Below, piece by piece: positions 17,748 through 24,985 of a stretch of DNA of 24,985 nucleotides. The notes beneath the pieces were generated by a model, which saw only the letters and a list, made by a program, of their open reading frames with translations, ran no database searches and was not told where the DNA came from. The stretch's first letter is position 1; every line of letters begins with the position of its first letter. Source of the stretch: a virus (Duplodnaviria; Heunggongvirae; Uroviricota; Caudoviricetes); IMG/VR virus record IMGVR_UViG_3300033069_001204, positions 64,001 through 88,985 of that record; one strand, given 5' to 3'. A program made the translations under genes and the position numbers.

Positions 17748-18942
17748 GCACGTGCTCCTTCTGATTCAAAGCGAGCCAGAATGTGAATAGCGAATCCTGG
17801 GCATTGTATTTATACATGAGCCTTTTGGGGGCGCTGAACACCTTGTTGAAATCATTGGAGTTCCTGCCCTTCAGATAATGCTCGACGTCCTTGGAGTAAT
17901 CCGGGATTCCAAAATTGACATACGTCTGGAATTTCAGATTGGAGCTTGACGATCTATTGTCCATAATATGGGCCGCCAGGACAGTATCCAGGTTCCAGTT
18001 TTCAACCTGGGTCTTCAGAATCTCAATGGACCAGGTATCTTCGAAAGCCATATTGGCGGCATACTTCTCCGCTTGGCTGGAAAGGAATCTCTTGAGATAG
18101 GGCGTGGTCGTCTCATTGGGCATGAAGCTGAATGAGTGGTTCCACTTGTCGCAGATGGAGGCATAGGCTATGGCATGGCCCTGACGTTGGGGCTTGAGAG
18201 CAGTGGTCTCATAGTCGAACGCAGCCACAGGGGCTTTACATGCCGCACGAATCCTATCAATCACATCATCATCCTTCAGGTCATATTCCAAATAGGAATC
18301 CACCTGTTCCATGATTTTTGGAAACCGCATCGCGAGATGGTCCAAAGCATGGCTGAGATCCGTATGGAATATCTTCTCTACGGCATCCTCCTGATTGCGA
18401 TGCCTATTGATGAAGCTGGGATGGAATGTGGGACAGAGCCAGCAGCCGAGCCTCTGGTCTGGAATTCCCCAACCTCTCCATAGAGTAATTCCTCCTCCAT
18501 CATCCTCCACCGACAAGCCGCCAAGCAGACATTCCATTGCCGTGGAACCCAGCGCTATGACTATTTTCGGTTTGAATGCTTCAATCTCCTGCATCACCAT
18601 GGGCCTGCAGCACGATACCTGCATTGGAGTGGGGGTCTCATTCCCAGGGGGCCGACAATTGACCGCATTCATCTTGCGACAGTCGCGATCCAGATCGATG
18701 TCCAGCGACTCTAGATGGCTGCGCAGAAGCTGTCCGGCCTGTCCTATGAGCTGCTTCCCTCTGGCATCCTCCTGCTCCCCTGGAGCCTCAGCTAGAATGA
18801 AGATGCCTTTCTCCCCCTTCCCAGTAGCGGGCATTTTGGGGGAGAGGCACTTCCGATATAGGCCGCACTTCTCACAGGACGTCTTGGAACGTGAGAGCGG
18901 AGTCTTTATCTGTTGGCTATTCAGGAAAAGAGGCATGGTCAC
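17734..18942 (-). CDS. Family 4 uracil-DNA glycosylase fused to a Pol A-type 3'-5' proofreading exonuclease (N-terminal part of the split polymerase)
   Basis: CEKCGL, EAPGEQED, NAVNCRP, CC and FHPS (UDG-4 with Fe-S cysteines), then FDYETT (ExoI), NMAFED (ExoII), YNAQDS (ExoIII). Confidence 0.92.
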   Translation of the reverse strand: MTMPLFLNSQQIKTPLSRSKTSCEKCGLYRKCLSPKMPATGKGEKGIFILAEAPGEQEDARGKQLIGQAGQLLRSHLESLDIDLDRDCRKMNAVNCRPPGNETPTPMQVSCCRPMVMQEIEAFKPKIVIALGSTAMECLLGGLSVEDDGGGITLWRGWGIPDQRLGCWLCPTFHPSFINRHRNQEDAVEKIFHTDLSHALDHLAMRFPKIMEQVDSYLEYDLKDDDVIDRIRAACKAPVAAFDYETTALKPQRQGHAIAYASICDKWNHSFSFMPNETTTPYLKRFLSSQAEKYAANMAFEDTWSIEILKTQVENWNLDTVLAAHIMDNRSSSSNLKFQTYVNFGIPDYSKDVEHYLKGRNSNDFNKVFSAPKRLMYKYNAQDSLFTFWLALNQKEHVHAVH

Positions 18943-20018
18943 TCACCATCCTCTTTGGACTCCTTCGCAGCCTTCTTGCGGCTCTTTGGCTTTTCGACGA
19001 CTTCTGGAGAGGCCATGCTCACTATGTGGATGAAGTCAGCCCCTTCCATCTTGATCTTTCCACAGATGTCATCGGGATCTCCTATGATGACCTCGTTCAG
19101 GAGCTCCAGCATATCCATCAGGAATTCCGGATGGACCTGGAAGCTGATCGGTTTTCCGGAGTATTCTATCTTGGCCTGCTCCCTGCACCAGCCCTCCTCT
19201 CCACGGCCCTCTACGGATATCATGCCCTCCTCAATGAGCATTGTGATCTTCTCATCCTGAATGAACTCCGATGCCGAGAAGATTCTCGCCCGCTCAATCA
19301 TCGTCTTGAGCCTCTTGGGAATCGTGATGGAAGTCCCCTCGACCTTCACAATCTCCGAGAGATCGGGATACTTCGCGGAGTAGTTATGGCAGGAATAGAT
19401 GACGTTCTCTTTGGTCTTGAAGTGAATCCATCCTTTGGATAGACCATAGGACGTTATCTCAAACTTCGCAAGATTCGGGACGGTGGCGGCCGGGATGAGA
19501 ATCGGGTCCGGCATCTTGGAGGAGAGCTTGTAGCGCGTCATTCTATTATCGTCAGCGGATTCCGCATAGGAGCCTTTGACATTGATGCAGGTGAGAATCT
19601 GCTGGGTCATGTCGGAGGAGGCCGAGAATGAGCAGAAGTCCAGAGCCTTGATGAGATTCTCAGGGACTGGATGCCACTTCTCAGGCTCTCCGATCTCAGA
19701 GATGTCCAGACGGATTTTCGGGTCCACCGGGATGCCCGCCGAACTTCTGCCTCCTGAGATCATCAACTCCGAGTCGTCAAGCTCCAAAGTCAGGGTCTCG
19801 GACTTGCTCTTTGTCACATAGGATATCAGCTTCTCGGCCGGGACGGCGGCCTTGAAGTCCGACTTGAATGGATAGCTCACCGAGATCTCGTCATTGTATG
19901 TCCGAATTCTCCCATCCTTTATGATGAAAGATGTGGACTGCGGCATGATCTCCTTAGCGGCGAGCCCTGGCTTTACCGCCAATAGAGTTTGAAGAAACTT
20001 CTCTCTGTTCACTTCCAT
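18939..20018 (-). CDS. dnaN: DNA polymerase sliding clamp, beta-type
   Basis: Size and three-domain pattern of beta clamps: L..VKPGL..KEI, TYNDEI, A..D..RM.RY, YPDL, F.VHPEFL.D.L. Adjacent to the polymerase genes. Confidence 0.8.
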   Translation of the reverse strand: MEVNREKFLQTLLAVKPGLAAKEIMPQSTSFIIKDGRIRTYNDEISVSYPFKSDFKAAVPAEKLISYVTKSKSETLTLELDDSELMISGGRSSAGIPVDPKIRLDISEIGEPEKWHPVPENLIKALDFCSFSASSDMTQQILTCINVKGSYAESADDNRMTRYKLSSKMPDPILIPAATVPNLAKFEITSYGLSKGWIHFKTKENVIYSCHNYSAKYPDLSEIVKVEGTSITIPKRLKTMIERARIFSASEFIQDEKITMLIEEGMISVEGRGEEGWCREQAKIEYSGKPISFQVHPEFLMDMLELLNEVIIGDPDDICGKIKMEGADFIHIVSMASPEVVEKPKSRKKAAKESKEDGE

Positions 20019-20166
20019 TGATGTCTCCTTTGATCTTGTGAAATATTTCAGTTGTCTGGAATTGGTTCGTGGATATGTGATGATAGGAAAGAAGTCTATG
20101 CTTTACGGGCAGGACCTTTTCCTTTCCTTCCGTCCTTGGAGCCACGGAGGCCAGGTATATTATCAT
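19954..20166 (-). CDS. Mini-protein resembling the N-terminal module of the TGT/DpdA-like protein
   Basis: MIIYLA-17 aa-RLLSYHH, purine-rich RBS-like AAGGGG upstream. Overlaps the clamp start by 65 nt. Confidence 0.6.
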   Translation of the reverse strand: MIIYLASVAPRTEGKEKVLPVKHRLLSYHHISTNQFQTTEIFHKIKGDINGSEQREVSSNSIGGKARARR

Positions 20167-20314
20167 CTATCGTCCCCTTTTTTACGTAGATATCCATTTT
20201 GTCCCCATGCTCTCTTGAATGCCAGAAGCTCGTCAATCGGCTTCGGCATTCCCCAGCAGTCAAAGCATTGCCCTGAGTGGCATCGAATATCCATGTCGCC
20301 AGATATATCTTCAC
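20096..20314 (-). CDS. Mini-protein resembling the N-terminal module of the TGT/DpdA-like protein
   Basis: GTG start directly after the upstream TGA with GGAGG RBS. MKIYLA-19 aa-RLTSFWH. Confidence 0.65.
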   Translation of the reverse strand: MKIYLATWIFDATQGNALTAGECRSRLTSFWHSREHGDKMDIYVKKGTIDDNIPGLRGSKDGRKGKGPARKA

Positions 20315-20896
20315 TCAATCCTCCATGTCTGAAAGAGCTTTGCATAGGGATGGGTGGGACCCTAACAAAGTCCGGGAACCCTCGATGGGAATCCAAGTCA
20401 GGTACTTTCCTGAGATCTTGCAGTTCATCCTATTGGCATTTCCGGAATCTTCGGACATCCAGAAACACCGCTCTATTGTGGTCCTCATCATCTTGGGAAT
20501 CCAGGCCACTTTAAAAGGAGCGACGTAGGATGTTGGTATTCCTTTCTTGTCGCAGTCAGTGACGAATAGGACCCATCTATTCTGGAAGAATTCAAAGGTA
20601 TCCCTCACCTCATGGCAACCAGATGGAGCCTTCATATAGAGCGGGTCATAGTTGAAACGGATCTCCATCTCAAATAGGCCATGGGGATTCTTCACTCTTC
20701 TGGTGAATCCTACATCCGTTTTTCTTGAGATGGCAGAATTATCCCAGTTCCCTTCCTCCACATCCTCCATCATCGGATAGCAAAGCAGATACAGCCCTTT
20801 GGATATCGAGTCCTTGTTTATAAAGGCATCCAAGGCTTCCCGGCGCTTCTGAGCCTTCATCAGGTCTTCGTGAATCTTGCCACCCCTCGTCATCAT
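20315..20896 (-). CDS. Hypothetical protein
   Basis: 193-aa ORF filling the gap on the coding strand. No recognised motif. Confidence 0.65.
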   Translation of the reverse strand: MMTRGGKIHEDLMKAQKRREALDAFINKDSISKGLYLLCYPMMEDVEEGNWDNSAISRKTDVGFTRRVKNPHGLFEMEIRFNYDPLYMKAPSGCHEVRDTFEFFQNRWVLFVTDCDKKGIPTSYVAPFKVAWIPKMMRTTIERCFWMSEDSGNANRMNCKISGKYLTWIPIEGSRTLLGSHPSLCKALSDMED

Positions 20897-20969
20897 CTTG
20901 ACACCCTTCCCATCGCAATCTCCATGAATTAAGCGGACCCCTAATCATCAATCGCCCCATGATGTCCAG

Positions 20970-22016
20970 CTAGCTCCTCAACAGTCCGAATCCCGATATG
21001 CCCCTAATTCTAAATCTCCAGGGCCACTCAGGAATTCCTTTTTCGAGCTTCATAAAGAAGCGGACATTGAACTCATCCCTTTGGCGATACTCATTGCTGA
21101 GTCCGGGCTGCTCAACCACCTCGACCTCACGTTTCCCGCCCTTCGGCTTTCCGGACCACCGCTCGCCGTCCTTCAGTTCATAGGTCTCCTTCTCCTTCCT
21201 GAAGACAGAGGAGCCCAATTCAAATCCCATCTCATGGACATACTCCAGCAGGATGTTCCTCTGGGCTTTGGGAAGGGTGGTGATATGAGCTCCGGCATCT
21301 CCCTTCGTGGGAGACTGGCTGGATACACATACCTTCCACACATTCTCATCGTAGGCCCAGGAACTCCCCCTCTTTTTCGGGACATAGATGCTTCCCATTC
21401 TGGAGGTCATGACCCATGAAGTGGAGTCTGTGGAGAACCATGGATAGCGAAGCAGAAGAGGGATGGAGGTCAGGCCAAAGCCATGGATCTTCCACTGGGG
21501 CCAGCCATCCTTATCGCAGATATACTTCGAAAACAAATGATCCAGCCACTTCGTCAAAGGGGCGTTGGCTATTGGGACCATTCCTCCGAATGCGATATAC
21601 TTGTGCTCTTTCAGGTATGTCTTGAGATACTTCTCATCGTCGCCATAGTGGAAGCAAGGCAGTGGAGACAGGCCAGCCTTCTCCATAATCCTCTGATTTT
21701 TCAGAGTCCCCTCGGCACTGCCGATTACGTCCAAATTGGCATACACCGAGATAATGCTTTTATGCTCTTTGATGAAGGCGATGTATTCCTGAATATCGAT
21801 CTCAGCCTTCATGGTGAAGGCAGAGAATGCTCCGCTGTCCAGGAATAGATCGACTTTTCGATCCACTGTCTTTAGTTTGTCTTTCAAGTCCTTAATCCCT
21901 CTCAGGTAGTGATATGCCCATAGCCGATGCTTCCATACACGATTGAGTTCAGTCTCTCTTTTTTTGCAGGGTCCCACTGCTCCGCCACCAGCGGCTCCGG
22001 CAAAGAATAGATTCAT
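20970..22016 (-). CDS. dpdA: tRNA-guanine transglycosylase-like protein (DpdA-type DNA base-exchange enzyme candidate)
   Basis: LFLDSGAFS, YANLDVIG, PCFHYG, IAFGGMV, IHGFG, YPWFSTDSTSW, and position beside folE/queC/queE. Subfamily and DNA versus RNA substrate cannot be fixed from sequence alone. Confidence 0.8.
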   Translation of the reverse strand: MNLFFAGAAGGGAVGPCKKRETELNRVWKHRLWAYHYLRGIKDLKDKLKTVDRKVDLFLDSGAFSAFTMKAEIDIQEYIAFIKEHKSIISVYANLDVIGSAEGTLKNQRIMEKAGLSPLPCFHYGDDEKYLKTYLKEHKYIAFGGMVPIANAPLTKWLDHLFSKYICDKDGWPQWKIHGFGLTSIPLLLRYPWFSTDSTSWVMTSRMGSIYVPKKRGSSWAYDENVWKVCVSSQSPTKGDAGAHITTLPKAQRNILLEYVHEMGFELGSSVFRKEKETYELKDGERWSGKPKGGKREVEVVEQPGLSNEYRQRDEFNVRFFMKLEKGIPEWPWRFRIRGISGFGLLRS

Positions 22017-22414
22017 AGGACAAGGAGATCTCTTTTGGCCAACAAAGTGAGATGATCTATGACCTCCTCTACAGAATCATATTCTATCCCGGCGGAGATG
22101 ATCCATGGATGCCTGGCCAGATTGGAGTCCGGGACTATGATTAGATTCTCTTTGCCGAAGAAGCTGGACAGAGCCAGCTCTCCAAGAGTCCCAGGGGAGG
22201 CTTTCCAAATATTGAACACCACCACATCGCTCCTCATGATGTGGGCGGTGTCGATATCCACTATCTCATTTGGCGGAGTGTTGGAGGCGTCGATTTTTCT
22301 GGGATCGAAATACTCGAACCAAGGACATGCCTGGATGATTTGGTCCCTCCAACCATTCACCTCGACCTCAGAGCATCCGCACATTGGACCGCTGAGATAG
22401 ATTCTTCTTTTCAT
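22013..22414 (-). CDS. Nucleoside 2-deoxyribosyltransferase / nucleotide N-glycosidase-like protein
   Basis: IYLSGP, FDP, D...IMRSDVVV, SPGTLGEL. Start placed at ATG 22414 (GAGGT upstream); GTG 22426 is the alternative. Confidence 0.75.
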   Translation of the reverse strand: MKRRIYLSGPMCGCSEVEVNGWRDQIIQACPWFEYFDPRKIDASNTPPNEIVDIDTAHIMRSDVVVFNIWKASPGTLGELALSSFFGKENLIIVPDSNLARHPWIISAGIEYDSVEEVIDHLTLLAKRDLLVL

Positions 22415-22422
22415 GGCGGACC

Positions 22423-23355
22423 TCACTTGATCAATGCCATGAATTCGGCCCTGGTCTCAGGCTTGTCCCTAAACGCGCCTTTCATGCTGGAGGTGACCAT
22501 GACAGAATTCTGCTTCTCGACTCCGCGCATCCTCATGCAAAGATGCTGGGCCTCTATCACGCAGGCCGCTCCTTTGGCTCCGAGATGAGTCATCAAAGCC
22601 TCCGTGACTTGATCCCCTATTCTTTCCTGGATCTGCAGCCTCCGGGAAAAGATCTCCATGAGACGAACGAGCTTCGAGACTCCCACAACTTTTCCATTGG
22701 GAATATAGCCTATGTGGCATTTCCCTATGAATGGGAGCATGTGATGCTCGCATGTCGAGTAGAGCTCGATGTCCTTCACCAAAACCATCTCATCACAGGC
22801 TCCCTCGGTGAATGTCTTGAGGGTGGCTTTGATGTCCGCCTCCTTGAAGGCGTATCCTGAATAGAGCTCCTTGAAGGATTTCAGGACGCGGTGAGGAGTC
22901 TCCTTGAGGCCTTCGCGATTGGGATCATCTCCAATGACCTCCAGAATGCGACAGACGGCATCCTCAGCCGGAGCCTCTCCAGCCTCCCACCAGAACTCCA
23001 CCCAGACGTCAGGGGACACAGTCATTGCGACCCGTGGAAAATCCACACCCATGGGAAATGACATGGTCCGATCTTTTCCAACTAGGGCATAGAACGGATA
23101 TCCAGAATACCTCAATCTGGTCTCTCCTGAATCGACAATGTCGTCGACAATGACCACATCGCCATCCGAGTCCTCAAGATTGGAGATCAGCGGAACTCCG
23201 ATTCGATGGCTGATCTCCTGCGCCACTGGGATTCCCCCTCTAGGAACTCCATATATGGCACTGACAGCAGGATGCTCGCTGCGAATCAGATCAGGCAGCA
23301 GTGTACATAACTGCTTGAATGTATCCACGTCAATCTTGCAAATGGAGGCGGTCAT
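22423..23355 (-). CDS. folE: Type I phosphoribosyltransferase domain fused to GTP cyclohydrolase I
   Basis: N-terminal [19 protein letters not shown] and WVEFWWE (Gpt-like). C-terminal [43 protein letters not shown]. Confidence 0.93.
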   Translation of the reverse strand: MTASICKIDVDTFKQLCTLLPDLIRSEHPAVSAIYGVPRGGIPVAQEISHRIGVPLISNLEDSDGDVVIVDDIVDSGETRLRYSGYPFYALVGKDRTMSFPMGVDFPRVAMTVSPDVWVEFWWEAGEAPAEDAVCRILEVIGDDPNREGLKETPHRVLKSFKELYSGYAFKEADIKATLKTFTEGACDEMVLVKDIELYSTCEHHMLPFIGKCHIGYIPNGKVVGVSKLVRLMEIFSRRLQIQERIGDQVTEALMTHLGAKGAACVIEAQHLCMRMRGVEKQNSVMVTSSMKGAFRDKPETRAEFMALIK

Positions 23356-24068
23356 TACTTCTGCCCGCCTTCCCAGATTGAGAAATACTGCTTGGTATCC
23401 TCATAGGATATGACGTCATGCGCCTTATTGGAGGAGAAGGCGAGAATTCTCTCCTGGCAAGCGCCGCATTTTCCGCATGCCAGAGGCTGGTCCTTGTAGC
23501 ACGTCCGCGTCAGGTTATATGGAGTGCCATGCTCCAATCCATACTTGGCGATGCCGCCCTTGTCGGTCTTCAGGAATGGGGCCAGAATCTCCACGCGGCC
23601 TCCAGTCCCCAAATAGATGGCGGAGTCCATGGCCTTGAAGAACTCAGTCCGGCAGTCCTCGTAAATGGCGTGATCCCCCTGATGGATTCCAAGGGCAATA
23701 TACTGCGCCTCTATGGACCATGCGTATCCCGCAGCCATGGAGAGGAAGATCATATTGCGGCCAGGGACGACGGTCCTTGACATTGTGGCATCCTGATAAT
23801 GCCCTTCGGGGATATCCCCTCCGGATCTCAGAAGATCCGATTTGAAATCGCGCATGGCTCTGGAGATGTCGATCTCCTTGAGGTCGTGGAGAAGTTCATT
23901 GGAGCTATGGATGTCGACGAGCTTCCTCGTCATCTCAAGCTCGTATGGATTGTGCTTGCTCCCATACTGGAATTGGATTGGATGGACATCATAGCCATTT
24001 TCGAGAAGCCAGGTCAGGACTGTGGCGCTGTCCATCCCGCCGGAAAGTGAAAGAACTGCTGAAGGCAT
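23355..24068 (-). CDS. queC: 7-cyano-7-deazaguanine (preQ0) synthase
   Basis: [29 protein letters not shown]...CGKCGAC. Confidence 0.95.
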   Translation of the reverse strand: MPSAVLSLSGGMDSATVLTWLLENGYDVHPIQFQYGSKHNPYELEMTRKLVDIHSSNELLHDLKEIDISRAMRDFKSDLLRSGGDIPEGHYQDATMSRTVVPGRNMIFLSMAAGYAWSIEAQYIALGIHQGDHAIYEDCRTEFFKAMDSAIYLGTGGRVEILAPFLKTDKGGIAKYGLEHGTPYNLTRTCYKDQPLACGKCGACQERILAFSSNKAHDVISYEDTKQYFSIWEGGQK

Positions 24069-24101
24069 AGTGGAACCTCCTGATGTGTGATGGAAGAAAG
24101 G

Positions 24102-24140
24102 TGGGAGGGAGGGGAGGGAGCGAAATCCCCCTCCCTCCCA
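24102..24140 (-). terminator. GC-rich hairpin after the Lys/Glu-rich gene (likely intrinsic terminator)
   Basis: 13-bp perfect inverted repeat (24102-24114 / 24128-24140) followed on the minus strand by CCUUUCUU. Confidence 0.6.
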
Positions 24141-24150
24141 GTCGCGGAAC

Positions 24151-24801
24151 TTAGGCTATTCTGTAGTGATCCTTGGAAGGCTTCATGATCTCGACGCCCT
24201 TCTCCTTCTGGAGGCGGCCGCCAAGCTGGGCGGAGACGGTTCCGAGCAGAGACTTCTCCTCACGTTCCGGGAACTCCTCCTTGAGCTTCTTCGCGATCTC
24301 CACTTTGGTGAGGCCGATCTTGGGGGCCTTCTTGAGAATCGGGATTATGCTGTTGATGACGCCCGGACCCTTCGTCGGAGGGCCTTTCCTCTTGCCTTTG
24401 ACATCGGCCTTCTTTTCGGGCTTCGCGCCCTTCTTTGTCGGCTTCTCGGGTTCGGACTCCTCGTCCTCTTCCTTGGCCGCCTTCTTGTCTGCTGACTTCT
24501 TGTCCGCCTTCTTATCGGCCTTCTTGGACTTGAGCTCCTTGCGCTGGGCGGCATTCTCCATCTCCAGGGTCTCCATGACCTCCCATGTGGCGTCGCTCAG
24601 AGCCTCGTCGTCGGCCGGTATGGAGTTCTCAAGATCCTTGAAAGCCTCCTTGAGCTCGGTCTCATCCTCGATGTCTCCCAGGACGAGGCCTCCGAGATCA
24701 TAGTTCTGGTCGATCTCCTTGCCGGCTTTGACCATCTTCTGGAAGAGTTCGCTCTTCTCCGTCTTCCCGGCCTTCTCCTTCGCTGCTGTCTTCTTTGCCA
24801 T
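24151..24801 (-). CDS. Lys/Glu/Ala-rich protein with a probable C-terminal winged-helix-like DNA-binding domain
   Basis: Histone H1-like KKADKK tracts and C-terminal VINSIIPILK...LTKVEIAKKLKEEFPER...TVSAQL. RBS AAGGAG. Confidence 0.7.
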   Translation of the reverse strand: MAKKTAAKEKAGKTEKSELFQKMVKAGKEIDQNYDLGGLVLGDIEDETELKEAFKDLENSIPADDEALSDATWEVMETLEMENAAQRKELKSKKADKKADKKSADKKAAKEEDEESEPEKPTKKGAKPEKKADVKGKRKGPPTKGPGVINSIIPILKKAPKIGLTKVEIAKKLKEEFPEREEKSLLGTVSAQLGGRLQKEKGVEIMKPSKDHYRIA

Positions 24802-24826
24802 AACCCATTCTCCTTTTGTTCGTGGG

Positions 24827-24985
24827 TTATTGTATTTTCAAAGTCTTATGAATTTGGACCGATAGACGCCATCCAGGATTGGATTTGACGTATTCCACGG
24901 CCGGCTTGAAGTCCTCAGAGCATGGCTGAATATATCTTTCCACGTCCACTTCGGTGAAGGACTCCCAGTAGTGATCGGCCCTATA
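24827..24985 (-). CDS. queE: 7-carboxy-7-deazaguanine synthase, 3' end only (gene starts outside window)
   Basis: Hand translation ...YIQPCSEDFKPAVEYVKSNPGWRLSVQIHKTLKIQ-stop matches the QueE C-terminal QP...WRLSxQxHK signature. Not in the ORF track. Confidence 0.88.
   Translation of the reverse strand, partial: YRADHYWESFTEVDVERYIQPCSEDFKPAVEYVKSNPGWRLSVQIHKTLKIQ

Noticed and set aside
1596-21625. Short alternative-frame minus-strand ORFs nested in larger genes (for example 1596..1838, 9590..9802, 15866..16228, 20739..20960, 21173..21385)
   Set aside because: They are fully or largely nested in well-supported genes, with no motif, RBS or coupling evidence.
55-24703. All + strand ORFs in the track (for example 92..709, 2780..3604, 12854..13699, 15009..15812)
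   Set aside because: They lie antisense to motif-bearing minus-strand genes, have Ser/Ala/Phe-rich shadow composition and lack RBSs or motifs.
1-24985. Stop-codon reassignment
   Set aside because: TAA, TAG and TGA all terminate genes at expected domain ends and coding density is already near complete in the standard code.
1-24985. Many GAATTC and GATC sites, so no evident restriction-site avoidance
   Set aside because: Compatible with protection by DNA modification but also explained by codon usage. It needs a Markov-model count over the whole genome.
1-24985. tRNA, rRNA, integrase or transposase genes
   Set aside because: None recognised; intergenic gaps are too short, and the only mobile element supported is the intein.

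Overview
This window is a tailed-phage (Caudoviricetes-type) DNA replication, recombination and DNA-modification module. Every real gene is on the minus strand, tightly packed and in the standard genetic code; the + strand ORFs in the track are antisense shadows. In transcription order (right to left) it holds: the 3' end of queE; a Lys/Glu-rich DNA-binding protein; queC; a phosphoribosyltransferase-FolE fusion; a nucleoside 2-deoxyribosyltransferase-like protein; a TGT/DpdA-like transglycosylase; an orphan; two mini-proteins that copy the N-terminal module of that transglycosylase; a beta clamp; a family A polymerase split into a UDG+3'-5' exonuclease gene and a polymerase gene carrying an HNH intein; a HAD phosphatase; a clamp loader; UvsY-like; a gp32-like SSB with a long charge-block repeat tail; RecA-like; a 5'-3' exonuclease; a Holliday junction resolvase; SbcC split in pieces; ThyX; a possible dNTP diphosphohydrolase; MmcB-like; and SbcD. 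The window ends in a gene of more than 1,430 codons (1..4302) that the ORF track missed because it runs off the edge. Its N-terminus looks like a Mu gp29/DUF935 portal and it continues in frame into a large region resembling injected virion proteins. The three best leads are this portal-giant protein fusion, the stand-alone TGT N-terminal mini-modules, and a 7-deazaguanine cluster with nucleotide-level enzymes. All family calls come from motif recognition by eye; no searches were run.
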